This document shows, piece after piece, positions 40,157 to 54,631 of a stretch of 64,000 nucleotides of DNA. Source of the DNA: Podarcis cretensis (lineage: Eukaryota). The notes under the pieces are model-generated. The model was not told the origin of the DNA. It saw nothing but the letters and a program-made list of their open reading frames with translations, and ran no database searches. Positions within the stretch are counted from its first letter, which is position 1, and each line of letters begins with the position of its first letter. Both the position numbers and the translations under genes were made by a program. The stretch is from contig OX638158.1 in assembly GCA_951804945.1 (NCBI GenBank), forward strand, positions 19,282,001-19,346,000. The letters run 5' to 3'.

Positions 40157-41978
40157 TCCTTGCATGTGACTGAGCAATCATAAATCAACCACCACCTTAT
40201 ATCACCTCAAACAAAAGGCTTTTCAGTGGTCAGTGTATATTCTGCTTCATTAAATTATTTTGTATTTTTGAATCCTACTCTTCCTCCATGCTGAAGCATA
40301 GGTTGACTAAGAAAAAAGTCAATAAAACTAGGAGATTAGTTAAAATCACCAGTTTTCAATAAAATATAAACAGGCAGTGATGATTATCTAAAGGATCATG
40401 CCATCAAGTGCTGAGTAATCAAGTGATGAGATTAAAAATGACAGGCATGCATGTGTCAACTGGCTTTAAGAATGTTCTGTAATAAGTCTATACAGAGCAG
40501 TTTCAGATTTTGTTAGCTGGCCTTTGCTTGGTTCACAAGCAAACACCTACAAACTCATTACGACAAGACTAAATAAGCCTGTCTAATTGCTTTAGCTTTT
40601 TAAAATCAAAACTACTATTCCATTTCCTTTCATGTTTAATATCTTGTTCAGTTAAGACAAACATCAAAAACCTATTATGTATAGGTAAAGAGATGAGAAA
40701 AACAGTTTATGGAGGAGAATCCTATGTAATAAATGCATGCTTAGGAATCTAGGATCAATAAACCATCTTTTTCACCTAAAACCTCTTCATTGGCATCTTT
40801 ATTAGATGACAATTGTTTAGTTTATTGATACAAAATACCTTTTACTTATGGTCAGCAATCTAAGCAATACACATTACTATATATCATTTCATATATGTAC
40901 CAATTGTAATAATTTTGAGAGATACACTTCAACATAACTTTGTTAATATATTTATTAACGTTTATCTGAGTGTTTATAGTTGTTTAATTTTATGTAATTG
41001 TTGCATGTCATATGTTCTTATGTAAACAAAGATCTATCTTAATGCAACCACATTAAACAGCTTAAAGATGAAAATGAATAAAAGAGAATTTTAAAGAAAA
41101 CTTTTTTTAAAAGTTTCCATTTCTGAGGGCAACTGAGAAATTTTAAGATGAAAGTATGGAAAGAAAGCAGACTGGAAATATACCAAGACTGGAAAAACAT
41201 ACAGGCCACTGAGCAAGCCATGGCCAAATTGAAGCTAGATCCAGCCATATATCAAAATCTATATATCATGACCTTTATGAATCTACTGAATAGAAGCCCA
41301 GAGATAAGATTTTTTTCTGCAGTCCAGTGATATGCAAATTTTATTAAATAAATGAGTAGAAAGTATTTCATAATAGCAACTTTAAAATGAATTAATTATC
41401 TAAATTGCATAGAAGTTTTGATGATTACGCGGTACATACATCCTGTTAAATTAATTAAAAATATTATGGTTGTTCCCTGCTTTGTAGAAACCTGAAAACG
41501 AACATTTACATGGCAAATACTTAATCTATTTCTACAGGTGCAATGGTTGAACAAAGGGCTGGCCTCTCTAGTGACTCATTTAAATGCTGTAATTTGAGTT
41601 GTTCAAAAGTTTGTCAGAAGTTTTCCTGAAGTACCATCTTGAAATATTGCTATAGTTTTTTCTGTTTATTTTCAATCATTTGAGAAACCCTGAAGCTTCT
41701 GGGTTAGAATTTAATATGTCAAAACTGTAATTATAACACACACAACTGATAATGGAAGTTTCATTTTCATATTTCATATTTCTGAAAGAACAATCACCTA
41801 CAGGATAGAGAGTTGCATACATTTTACTTTCATTTCAGACACTCACCTACAGCAATTTTAGCCGCTTCCCCCAGGGCAATTTTGTAACTGCAATAAGGGG
41901 AAGTGAGCAAGCTGAGCAAGTTTACTGCATGCTGTGCATTTTTTGTACTTATCTTCAAGTCTTGTATTGAGTACTGTA

Positions 41979-42148
41979 CAGTGGTACCTCGGGTTACAGA
42001 TGCTTCAGGTTACAGACTCCGCTAACCCTTTGCTTCAGGATGAGAAAAGAAATCGTGCGGCAGCAGGAGGCCTCATTAGCTAAAGTGGTACCTCAGGTTA
42101 AGAATGGACCTTCAGAACTAATTAAGTTCTTAATCCGAGGTACCACTG
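41979..42148 (+). mobile_element. Tigger-like MITE, internally deleted copy of the 3429 family
   Basis: Same TIRs and TA TSD. Confidence 0.9.
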
Positions 42149-44412
42149 TATAAAGCAAATATACTTATTCAGAGAAGCTCATGCACATACTTGTTTACAG
42201 CTCTGCAGTCAAACAGACAGCACTTCACTTTGCCTGGCTTCTACAGTTACTTCAACATAACATCAAGATAATTGCCAAGCCAGTTCTATGAGGTACATAT
42301 GATTTCTTCTCATCTTAAGATTTAGAAGTGTTTTAAAACTTGAAAGACAATGTCTGTTTTACTCAGGTAGGATAGGTAACATGGGAACATGCAGAAACCA
42401 ATGTATCTATTAGGCCAGAGGTGAGCAGAACCCTTAAGGTTCAAGTAAAATAGATCCCACCAGACTTTAAGTCTGCCCACCCCTGTATTAGATCCTGTTA
42501 GAACTCTGAACTAGTTTCTGCTACAACCAAATGGGGAAACAGTGGTTCCATCTCTATTTATTAACCATAATATGAAACCAGACTTTAAAAAAAAACAGGT
42601 TAGTAAGCTAATCAGATCCTGCTTTCATATCCTCATTAGTAAGCAAGGACTGAATAAATTCTGTGAAAGAAAGAAAAATACCAACACTTCAAGATCTAGT
42701 GCTTCACAAAGAAGAATGGCTGTAAACTGAGGCAACATGCAAATGAAAAGCACCAAAGTCAGAAACTATGCTTAATGCATCCTCAGCAATTTCCACAGTG
42801 CAAACCACTGCAGCATGCTATTGGTTAGTGTGTTAACTGTAAGCAAACAAATGTGAGCAAGATGAAGGTTTTCCCCGCAAAGATAGTTCTAAATACCACA
42901 ACGCGCTGCTCACCTAAAACCACAAAGGGCAATGTCAAGAACTAAATATGGCACAGGAAGTTTTATGATACATACAAAATCTGATTGCATTTCTTCTTCC
43001 AAAATTAACTTTTTTCCCATCAGGGTATAAAGAATGAGCAGCTGGTAAGCACCCAATATATTTAATACCTTTACATTTTCACACCAGCTTGCATGCCTCT
43101 TTACCAGGGTGCATTTCAGCCCAAGTCAAACAGATTATTTCAATATAATTTTAAACCAGCCTTTAAAAAAAGCCACATGCATCTATAGGCCTACAGAAAT
43201 GGCAGTATGTGTTAGTACAATGCTTCTTTGCAAACTCACAAGCAGAGGTATCCCAAACTGAATTTAAGTAAAGTCGAAGGTAGTCAGCCTTTGACAGACA
43301 TGTCCATATTAAAATGTAAGTAAGAACAATCAACAGAGGATACTTAATATTTACAAAATGTAAAGATTTACTACAAAATTGTTCAGAAGACCTAAAAATA
43401 TGATCAGACCTGAAAACAAACCGAAAAAGCTGCTATTAACAGATGAAGGTTACATAAGTGTAAATGTTCAAATCCTTAAGATAATCAGACTGCACTGCAG
43501 ATTTTAATAGAAATATTTATGGTTTATCATTTATGAGCTATCAGTCCTAACAAGGATCAAGAATCAAAGTTTTATTATGGCCAAAAGAGCAGGGCCAAAA
43601 GCAGCTTGCTGACAAAGCAGGGCAAGATGATCAGAAGTGAAACGTAGGTAGAATGAAACACAGGTCAATTGGTCAGGCAAGAACACAAGCTCATACTACA
43701 AGGTTACCATTAGCTGGCAACACTGTTAAATGCATTTAATTTAAAATGGCCAGGAATCAAGGCTGTCCTGTTAAACCTGCCACATTAATAGTGCCTGAAA
43801 GTTTAATGATGTCTCACATAATATAGTTTTCATCCAAATGAACATGCCCCAGCTTGATTTTAAGGCAATGTAAAATCCTGGAGACTTTACTGTAAAGGTA
43901 GTAAGACAGTTGAAATAGACAATAGGCATAAGTGGCAGGTAACTAGCTGATCCACAAAAAATTATTTAAAGCAAAACTAAACCTAAACTTGAATCCAATT
44001 CCAAATTCCAAATAAAATAAAATATTGTTAAGAGGATTGTTTTCTGAAATGAATCAAACCCAAACCTTAACATTCTGGCCCTAAAATACAAAACTGATTA
44101 TTTACACACAAATACCAGGAACTGGTTCAAAATAAGTGATTCAATAATTTGAAGTCTGAGAGTAGTAAGAAAAGGCTTACAGGATGGATATGTGATATAT
44201 ATTGTTTATCTTAATCCCATGTAAACCCATAGCCAAACTCTAGTTAGCTAAATAAGTGAGCTTTCATAACCTATGTTTTGAAATTGGCTTGCTTTGAAGC
44301 TGGCCAGAGTTTGTTTAAACTACAATTCAAGTTCATCTGCAGTCACAAATCATGATTTGTGGAAAGTGAAACTAAAGCTTTCAGAAGTCTTTCTCCTAAC
44401 CAGACATGAGTA

Positions 44413-44625
44413 CAGTGGTACCTCTGGTTGCAAACAGGATCCGTTCCAGAGGCCCATTCGCAACATGAAAAGAGCGCAATCTGAAGTGCCGTATCTGCGC
44501 AGGTGTGTGGCGCAATTTGGCGTTTCTGTGCGTGCGAAAGCAGCGAAACCCGGAAGTAACCTTTTCCGGTACTTCCAGGTCGCCGCGGGACGCAACCTGA
44601 AAGAACGTAACATGAGGTATGACTG
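44413..44625. mobile_element. Tigger-like MITE (CpG-rich)
   Basis: TA|CAGTGGTACCTC ... GAGGTATGACTG|TA. Confidence 0.82.
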
Positions 44626-46369
44626 TATCGGATGGGAGGTTGGCTTAATGCAGGCTTATTCCAACATGTGTAGGTAGCACTCAACAATTGCTTAGCATTA
44701 CGTGCAAGCTGGATCAAATAAAAGAAGAAAAAGTTCTGCTTTTCACAACCATTTGGAGTTTTATAAACACGCCAATCTTTAAGCTGTTCTCTATGCTAAA
44801 AAGTCAACCCAAAAGCTCTTTCTCACAAGGTCCTCCAAGCTCTTAACCATTTTAATGACTTACCTATATTTTTAAAAGCTCTAATATATCCTTGGGAAAG
44901 GGACAGCTAGAACAATAAGCAAAATGTGATATAGAATGGCACTGTACTTATATTCTGCATTGAAGAAACAGAGATAAAAAATAAATGTCATCTTATATTT
45001 CAGAGCAAGCCAATTTCATGAGAGATTATCTTAAGTATAGCTCACTGTGGTTTGATCTTAATTTGATACAAATTGGCAGGTGCGAGTTGTTCCCTAAATT
45101 TCAATTCTGCGTTTAAAACACAGTTTATTCCATCAGCAAAGCAGATCCCAAGAGTTCCCAAGTCCTAAAAAAAACAGAAATCCGCCATTTAAAAAGGATA
45201 AGAAACAAAGCTATGTGTTGCAGATCAGATGGAAAGCATTTTTTAAAATGAAGATATGAACAACACATGTTTAACACTAAGAAGAACACTGCAAGGAACA
45301 TGCAGTGGTGGGGCTCCCCTTCAGCAGGCATCAATGACTATGAACCCTATGTCTAATCATTGACAAAATTAGAGCTACTCTGTTGACGGATGTATTTTAC
45401 CACAGTCAGAGTAACGGAGTTAATACAGTTTATTGATGTTCTAGCCTACCCACAACTTTTAGATTTGAATATGGTAAACAAACCAAATATTACAGGCACT
45501 TTGCTCCTCCACCACTATAGCCACATTGGCAGGAGCCAAGCAATGGTTTGGCTTCAAGTTATGTAAAACCCAGGCTCATAGTTAATCTGCTCCCAACAAA
45601 TCATAGGCACTGCAACACTAAACCCAAACATGGCATATCTCCTGGAAGGAAAGCAGGAGCAGGGAAAAGAGTAGAGCTCCTATAATGTTCACACCATGAA
45701 CCACGTTCAACTTTAAACCACAATTAAGCTTAAGTAACATGTTAAAGCGACATGTGAACCAGACCTTCACAATATTAAATTTGCAAAATTAAAATAAAAG
45801 CTTGTAAAATTTCTGAACTGCAAGGAGCCAAAGTTTAGTTTTACTACTTCTGCACATCACTGCAGCATCCACTATTGCTACAATTACTGTACGTACATTC
45901 TAAATGTGAGCTGAATGACAACTATAGCCATCACTGAAAACCAGCTGCCTTGCATCACTTTCTCTATATAAACTGTTTACATAGAGATTTACCCACATTG
46001 CTACTCTGATTGAGACAGCTTTGCCTTAAATTTGCCAACTATGATTCTAGATACTATTAAAATATCAGTTATTTTCACTTATCCGGGAGGAAGGGCTTAA
46101 CCAGCATTACAACTCAATGAATCCTCAATTTACACTGGAGATCAACTCATTTCAACCACTTGCAAAGCAATATAAACACAAATGTATTCCATGAAATATA
46201 GCAACCAACTTTCAAGTTTGGAAATATCTCCCCCCAATAGATGACAAGATTGTGTAACATAAGTTTGCTTTACTTCAGTATGACTCAGAACTACTCTTAA
46301 TTTCGGGCAAACTATGAAAACAAAACAACAGGCATTATATTCAGGGGTACAAAAGTGAGCACAGATAGA

Positions 46370-46627
46370 CCGTATTTTTTGCTCTATAAGACGCACCAGA
46401 CCATAAGACGCACATAGCTTTCGGAGGAGGAAAACAAGAAAAAAATATTCTGAATCCCAGAAGCCAGAACAGCGAGAGGGATCACTGCGCAGCGAAAGCA
46501 GCGATCCCTCTTGCTGTTCTGGCTTCTGGGATAGCTGCGCAGCCTGCATTGGCTCCATAAGACGCACACACATTTCCCCTTACTTTTTAGGAGGGAAAAA
46601 GTGAGTCTTATAGAGCAAAAAATATGG
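46370..46627 (+). mobile_element. Short member of the CCGTATTTTT TIR family
   Basis: CCGTATTTTTTGCTCTATAAGAC ... GTCTTATAGAGCAAAAAATATGG|TA; central hairpin at ~46456-46530. Confidence 0.9.
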
Positions 46628-47391
46628 TAATTACTGCAAATTCACTTTATGTTGCACATGCATGACTACAGGCTTCATTTGTATACAGTAAATAGATTGT
46701 GTTAACCATTTTAGACCTGCATCTGACACCTGCTAAGGTTGATAGTTACATCTCCAAAATGGCTGTGATCTTAACTTTTTTAATGACTACTCAAACACAA
46801 GACCTTGTGTAGAGCACATTCCCTAACACTTTTTGTCACTGTATAGCTGTTCAACCATGCACTAAAGATGTGTTAAGAGTGGATAATTTTGGTGTGTGTG
46901 TTTTTTTTAAAGTCAAAATTGCTTATACTCAGTTTCATTTCAACCACAATTAAGGGTTGATTCTAAAAAAATTAGATGAAATCTGAGCTTATACACAAAT
47001 ATGTTGAAACTGTATAGATCTCTTAAGACTGAATCCATGATCTTCTAACAGACACACAGGAGGAAAAAAACAGGACGAGGGAGAATATTTGACTGCTGAG
47101 GTCAAGCCTTATAAATGTGGAACAATATATCATTTATTGTACTTATTACTGGAGCAAGTCCTCTGGTATTTATAGAATATCAGCTGAACAACATGGCCAT
47201 TTTATATCTAATCCAGAAATACAGCTTTTACCCAGAAATTATCAGCCTTGCTTTTATAACATTCTTGGACTGTTTTACTGTATTGGATGGTGGCCCTTAT
47301 TTTCAAATGAATGATCTTCCTGAAGTGTCCTCACAAGGATATGAAAGCTACATTTACACACACAGTAATGCTAAACCATAGTTTAGAATTA

Positions 47392-47859
47392 CAAGCAGCC
47401 CCCGGTTTACACCCGCGGGTAATATTCCGAGCCACCATGCACATCAGTGAAATCATGTATAGTGGTACCTTGGGTTAAGAACTTAATTGGTTCTGGAGGT
47501 CCATTCTTAACCTGAAACTGTTCTTAACCTGAGGTACCACTTTAGCTAATGGGGCCTCCTGCTGCCGCCGTCACACGATTTCTGTTCTCATCCTGAAGCA
47601 AAGTTCTTAACCCAAGGTACTATTTCTGGTTTAGCGGAGTCTGTAACCTGAAGCGTCTGTAACCTGAAGCATTTGTATCCCGAGGTACCACTGTATAATT
47701 GAAACCCATTGAAGAAACCTACAAGTACCTCATTCTGCGCCCCGCCCGCACGTTTAGTGGCATTTCAGTGACATTTTTGGGCCACTTCTAGATTCAGCAT
47801 GATGCACGGTTGCACACATATTGAACACACGTAAACCGGGGGGGGGGGGAGGCTGCCTG
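47392..47859. mobile_element. TA-flanked MITE interrupted by a nested Tigger-like MITE (47460-47693)
   Basis: Outer TIRs CAAGCAGCCCCCGGTTTAC / GTAAACCGG(G)nAGGCTGCCTG; inner copy is the reverse orientation of the 3429 family with TA TSD. Confidence 0.85.
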
Positions 47860-50800
47860 TATATGGAAAAGCCTCACCAGGCCTGAAGAAAGGAATAGGG
47901 TCACACACTGCTCCAGCTACCTTCACCCCTATAGCCAGGAGAGCTGCAAAGACTACTTTCAGTTTCCATGAATCTTGGCTGTGTTACTAACAAACAAGGT
48001 ATCCTGGTTTAAAGTAAAAGCTGGTCAGTTTAATAAGTCAGCTTCATAACCCATAGCTTGAAGTTGGCTTATTTTGTTTGTTTGTTTTACACTACGTGTT
48101 TGGTTCCTACTCAAGGTGAGAGTCACGTTAACAAAGTAACTGGCAACTCTCTTCCAGTCAGCTGCATGGGAAGAGGGGAGGATGCAAGCCAGGGGCTTTG
48201 TTCTGCTCAATGAGATCCATCCACATAGCATTAAACCATGGTTTAACATTATGTGACAATATAGTTAGTGGTGCATATTCGCTAAAAAGATTTTTATGGC
48301 AACCAGTTAGTACTGGACACTTGTTTAGGTAATGCACAATTTACAACACAGTAAATAATTTAAATCAATTAAGATCAGCTGTGTCTTGGAAATTCAAATC
48401 ATTACTTAAACTTCTGCAGTCTATTTTCAGATTCTGTGTAAACAAAGTAGTCATGTTTCAGCAAAAGTCGGTTTACATAACAGCAATACTTTAAAATAAG
48501 ATCATGCTTGCTGCTGACTGCTAGCCTGGTCACCTGTGGTGAGTTAAGATTTTAACTACCCAGCCTCCTTTCTAGATAAGAGACAAAGACAACCCATTGT
48601 GCATTTTGAATGCTAAGGACAAGCAAGAGTGTGTTGGCTATAGTCTTCAAAAAACATTCTGAACACTGGATACAAGGCAATCTCCTTTCTAACCTTCTAT
48701 CAATGAATTATATGACTAGAACAAGAAAGCCTTATCTGCAGCCTCCATAATTCAAGAGACTCCATCATGCAAGCTGCGGGCAAGGTGAAGAATAGGCAAC
48801 ATTAGCATTCCATAAATGGCAGTTGCCGCCACCCCCTTCGGCAATCTGCAGAAGTGAAAGGATGCTGTGGGAGGAAGAGAGAGCAGTACAGTAGAAAGAA
48901 GTGGTCAAAAGGTACCAACAGAACATGGTGTAGAGAAGGCAAATGAGGAGGGTTGGGGCAGACAACTACCGCAAGAGTTGATTTCCAAGCCTGAAGGAGA
49001 CTGATCAGAATGTCAATAAAAACACTTGGGGGTAGATGAACATTCTTTCTATAGTCAGGAATTTTTTCCACATTAAGATATGTGGTACATTCTTGCTTAA
49101 ATAAAAATTTCCATAGAAGGAAGCTAACTTGGCTATTTCTTCCCCAGGCTGATTGGTAATTCCATTGATCCTAACAAAGCATGTTTTACAAACAATTTTA
49201 ACACTTCTTAATATTAAAAATAAACATTGCAACTTGAATGTTCATGTTTTTCCACATAGAGATCTCCCAACTTAGAGATCTTTGAGATTTTGAGATTCAG
49301 GTAAATCTTTTTTTAACTCCATGGTCTAGTTAGGCATACTGCAACCTTTCCAAAGCAACAACACTGTACAAAGAAAATTGAAACAAATGACATATGCAAT
49401 TTACTACGGACACATAGTAATTTAGAACAGCATTGTAATCTTGTGTGATAATATACTAATGCATATTCTCACACAATGTAGAACAAACATCTATTTTTGA
49501 ACTATTTATCTCTTAAATTCACATCTGTCTTACATCATAAACAAAGGGAGCTTGGGGATAAGTAGCATAGTGGCTGAGATTGACCTACAGATCAGGAAGT
49601 TCCTGAGTCAGATCTTGCTTCTGCCATGAATTCCGAAGGTGACCTTAAACCACTCTCTCAACCTCAACCTAGGTATAAAACCAAACTACCCTGAAAGGGT
49701 TGCTGTAGAGATTACAAAAGTCCAATATATGTGTAGCAAGCACTTAAATGCTAAGCAGCAGCGTTTAACATACTGCACAATTAGGTACAGCAGCATGATA
49801 AGTTAAATAAGAACTGGTCCCTGAAGGCACGGTCCATTCCGATCACTACAAAAAAGCAGAAAGGGGGAAATGACATAACATTCTTTTGTCAAGTCTGGAT
49901 GACACAGCAAGTTGCCATGCACCAAAAACAGAAGGAAAATCTTCCAAAGTCCTTTACCACACTGGAAGAGGTGTGAGGCTAGACTCACTCCTGTCATGAT
50001 AAACCATAGTCCATCAGAATGTCCAAATAAATCCAGTGGCTTAGCTATTCTGTCATCACAGAGGCAGCACAGTTTTGGAGTAAGTAGTTGAGTACTGAGG
50101 GTGCCTGGTAAGATAAATCCTTGAAGAATTCTAGAACAGTGCTAAACAAAGTGAAGTATTGCTTATGTGCCACTAGCTTTCAGATGTCACCTTCCAAGTG
50201 AGTTGACATTTCCAGAACATTTCACTAGAAAGTGACTGATTAAGGTTTGTTCTAATGTGCAGCTAGACATATTTTGTGCAATGTAAAAAATATGTGTGAA
50301 ATAAGTTTTTGTGAATTGGGCATATGGGATTTAATAAGGAATTAGGTTTCTCTTTCTTAAAAAGAAATAGATGAGAAAATATGAAACGAAATAGAAAATG
50401 AAGCTTATATTAATAGTATTCTGGAACTTACTACTTGACTAGTCAAATGCATTTACTGACTCATAATGAAATTGACTTAAATACACATATATATATGAAA
50501 TTGTTATATACCAGTACAAAACAAACAGAGCAGAAGATTACACAGTTGTGCCATGCTGCCTGCTCTCACATTATGCTGAGCATGTTAAAATTTATTTTGT
50601 TTCAAGATGGTGAGATTATCTGGTACTGGGTGTTTTGAGCAACTTCATTTGCAAACCTCTGGGGGGGAAATCCCTTAAACATATCTGCAAATATTGCGTT
50701 GGGAGCTGGTGCACGAGGTACCACCGTAGGTGGTGTTGATGGTGAACTGTTGGATGCTACAAGCCAGTGCTGAATGGGAGTTGGTTTTTCACCAGCAGTC

Positions 50801-53189
50801 CTGAATTAATGCTTTTTCATTCTGGTACAAAGTGCTACTAGTCTTGGGCAAAAGTTCAGGTTTAACTTTAGTTTTAAAATGTGTATTAAAAATTAGTAAC
50901 TGAAGTGACTGAATGGGATATATGGGTTAAATGAAGGCAGTATAACCTATTTTTCCTCCTGGTCCCCAGCTGAATATCCATACAAACACAAACTTTGTGC
51001 TTGTCCTTGCCAGCAAGAAACTATTTCCAAAGACATAGTGGTATGATTTATTGTTCAGCAGTCTGTGGTCCAAGAACTGTCTCCAGCAGCTACAGTTCCC
51101 CTCAGTCTTTCAGTAGAACTTAGACCTGATAGCAGAGTTTGTTCTCTTTCAACAGGCAACTTAGTAAATCACAGTATAAGCCCCAACTCTTCTTTCAGCT
51201 CTTTGTGCAGGCACCTTGTCCTCCTTCTCCAACACTTCTGTTTTCTTTTCTCAATTATAACAGTAGCTGAAGCATAGGACAGGTCTCTGTTGTATCGTAC
51301 TACAATTCCCAGGATTCCTATCCTATGGAACTAATCCTTGAAGAAGATTTACACCACATGGCCAGACTTCTGGAAATTTCAATTTAATCAAAGGCAGCAT
51401 CTCAGAGAAATTCCCAGACTGAGACAAGGCCTCCCTCCACTAATGCCAACAGACTGGAAGCCTTCACAGAGTGAACTATATAGGCCAAGAAGCACAAGGT
51501 TCCAGACAATCAGAAGGACAGGGAAATATATTGTTATTAATAAATTTGTGTCTTGGACCTTATTCCAGACAATGTTGTAAATAATACATGGGTTACAGGC
51601 AGCAACTTTGCAGTTTTTGAGCAGCCATTTTGTGAAGATCCTCCATTAACCTTTGATATACTATGACTGTAAATGCAGATAGAATCTTAAACATATTTTA
51701 CAGGGACAATAGCCATTTTGTAAAAGAGGGCAAATCCTATTCACCAAAACTATAATTTACTGTGTGGGTTCAGTGTCTTCATTATGATTTATGGGGGAAG
51801 GGAATCAATGCTCAGCTATTGGTTTCAGAAGGGAGACCTCCTTAATCCCCCATTATTTTTAAGGCATCTCTATTATTCTTGCTCCCTCATTGTGCTTTCA
51901 TTTCCCCAAATTTCCTGTCTTTCTTCCATTCTCTGTTGGTTGTTTCTTTCTTCTTTCCCATCCTTCTCTGTTAATTCTTATTTCCTCTTCCCTCTTTCAT
52001 GTTCTTTCTTTCAGTTACAAAAAGTTCAGGGGCAGGCAGTGTACTGGCTACTTGTGGAGGAAGAAAAAATGCTTAGAATAAACCTGCCACTGATCAGACA
52101 GATGACACTTCCTCTTATGGTGCAAGATTATACTACACAAAGGGTTGGCTCCTTGGTGAGTAACAGAAATCTCAACAGCAATCCAATGCCAGAACATTTC
52201 TTAGCACAATAAGCTAATTACTTCACAGGTGTGCTTTCAGCACATATGAATTAAGAATCTGCTCCGCATTCCCACCCAGAACTGACTCAATGAAAAGGAA
52301 GGAGGGACTTAACTGGAGGTCACAGGCCACACCCAACACTTTAATTGCATTAATGAATAATCAATTGCATACTTAACTTCCTCTGCCCTACAGAAGTATA
52401 GTGTAGGCAAAAAGGATTTCTGCCTATTAACCATACTATCTCAGCTAGGAAGGCTATTATAAACTCAAGAACACATTCTGAAAAAACAACTGTCAAATCA
52501 GTGAAAATTTAAACCACTATATACACAAACATTTTTTAAATCTAGTTTTTGTATCAGAAACCAATAGGATAATTGGTAGGTTGGTTTTACCTGCCTAATG
52601 ATAATTTTATATTTTATTTGCATGATTTTATTTGCATGAACTTTCAGAAGTGAACAAGAATGCATGAAGCAGTTTTTGGCATCCATCAAAGCTAAGGGAA
52701 CAAGCTGCTGACTCAAAACAGAGGAAGATGATTCAGACTGGAAACAAAGCATTTTGAAGTATAGCAACACACTTAACCTACTTCCCCCCTCCTACACACA
52801 TACATACCCCAGCAAATAAGGATTTCACTGCCTTTCCATTGCAGACTACTCAAATCCTACATTCTCCAAAATATTTATACCTTGCCATAAACACAGACAA
52901 TACTGAAACTGGGAATGTAGTAAAAGTTTCATAAATAATCATGATTACTATTAAGCCTCAAAGCTCTCCACTTGCCTGTACAGTCAAGAACACTCATCTA
53001 AACACGAAGAACTCACCAAAAAGCCTGTTGCATCTCACTGCATCAGGCCAACACAGTACCTATGTAGAACTGCAAACACCTTGTATAAACCCCCCCCCAA
53101 AAAACATTGCCTACAAAGACATGTTTCTCTACACCCCTTTTCAGTTAATTTATGAGCATGGAAGTATGCATGAACAAACCTGGACCCCA

Positions 53190-53505
53190 TGATCATCTTC
53201 TAAGGTCCTTCTTCATGCGCCTCCTCCATGAAAGGTCCGGAGGTTGGCAACACAAGAACAGGTCTTTTCTGTGGTGGCTCCCTCTTTATATAATGCACTC
53301 CCTTCATTACATATCTTTAGGTGCCAGGTGAAAATGTTTCTCTATAAGCATGCTTTAGCCGATTAACATTCTATGGCCGTTTAACTGGGTTGTGGGAGGG
53401 GGATTATTGGTTTGTTTTTGTTTTATTATGTATTTTGTGTTCTCATTTTGTACTTTTATGTTGTGAACCACTCTGTGATCTTCAGATGAAGAGTGGTATA
53501 CAAAT
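53190..53505 (+). mobile_element. L2-like LINE 3' end
   Basis: Similar to the reverse complement of ~11925-12290; ends GTGGTATACAAAT. Confidence 0.6.
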
Positions 53506-54446
53506 ATGATGGGGATGATACTGTTCTAATTTCATATTGATACTTATCAGATAAATTTACTATTACATTATTAAGGACTCAAGATGAGAAAAAAACCATG
53601 GAAGAGAGAGCATAATGCATTCAAACGAAAGGTACTTGAGGATGGCAAACAAAAACCAACCACTTCAAAGTTCATTTCACCCAGAATACAAACTTCTGAC
53701 AACACTTTAAAAATCTCACTTACACTTGGTTCACCATTAGTTTTTCAAAGTCTTCAAGGGCAAGTGCATCCTGGCATAAATTCAAGGACTAGATGCACAT
53801 CCAACCCCCACAAGTTGTTCTGCACCCCAAACCGGCCCACACAAAACTACACTGTGATCAACAGGCATAACTGCTATTCCAGTGCAGTTGTCAAGCTGCA
53901 CACTTGAATCCTGCTTCAAAGGAAAGTTTTCCTCAATCTATAAAAAGCTCCAATTTTGATTAAGGCCAAAGCAGAGCACAATAAGTACCAGGCAACTTAC
54001 TAGTGCAGACAAACCCTAATATCAGACTGACTTTAAACCAATTTGTTCCCAAAGCACACAATCTTACTACAGAGCTTCTACTTCTAAGCTGATAGTCTCA
54101 ATTTAAGCAAGCACTTAAATAAAATGTAAAAAAGAAATCATTACAAGTAGAGTTCAAGTTTTAAATTTAAGTATAGGAAGGGAAACCTCAGGGGAGTCTG
54201 TATTTGGCCATCCTCACTGGTATAGGGGAGTCAAATTAATTAGTTCATGGGTTAATTTATCTTCCTCACTGCTGAATTTGGTCTATTCTGCCTGCAACAA
54301 ACTTCCAAGTTCTTTGAATTCTCATGTGAACATGAGTTTGTTTCAAATGCTGACCCTGAAACAAACCAATATAAACTGAAGAATCTTTACCCAGTTTGCC
54401 AGACTTAACAAGATGTTCTCTGAAAGGCAACTTGTATTGTTTACAT

Positions 54447-54631
54447 CAGTGGTTCCCAAATGGTGGTCTACATACCCCAGGAGGTCTGTGTAACACACCC
54501 AGGAGGTCCATGGCACCATTCACATAAAAAAAAAAAACCACTACCACAGAGATATTAAAATTTTCAAAAGTAAGGAGCTCATGGCTTTGGGTTTTGAAAG
54601 TCCACAGTACTTTGCTAATTGGAGATCACTG
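54447..54631. mobile_element. hAT (Charlie-like) MITE
   Basis: TIRs CAGTGGTTCCCAA / TTGGAGATCACTG; perfect 8-bp TSD GTTTACAT. Confidence 0.88.

Noticed and set aside
50620-50810. Open minus-strand frame after a TTCAG (TAGEKPTPIQHW...) as a possible cryptic exon in intron 1
   Set aside because: No polypyrimidine tract, no convincing donor, no recognisable peptide.
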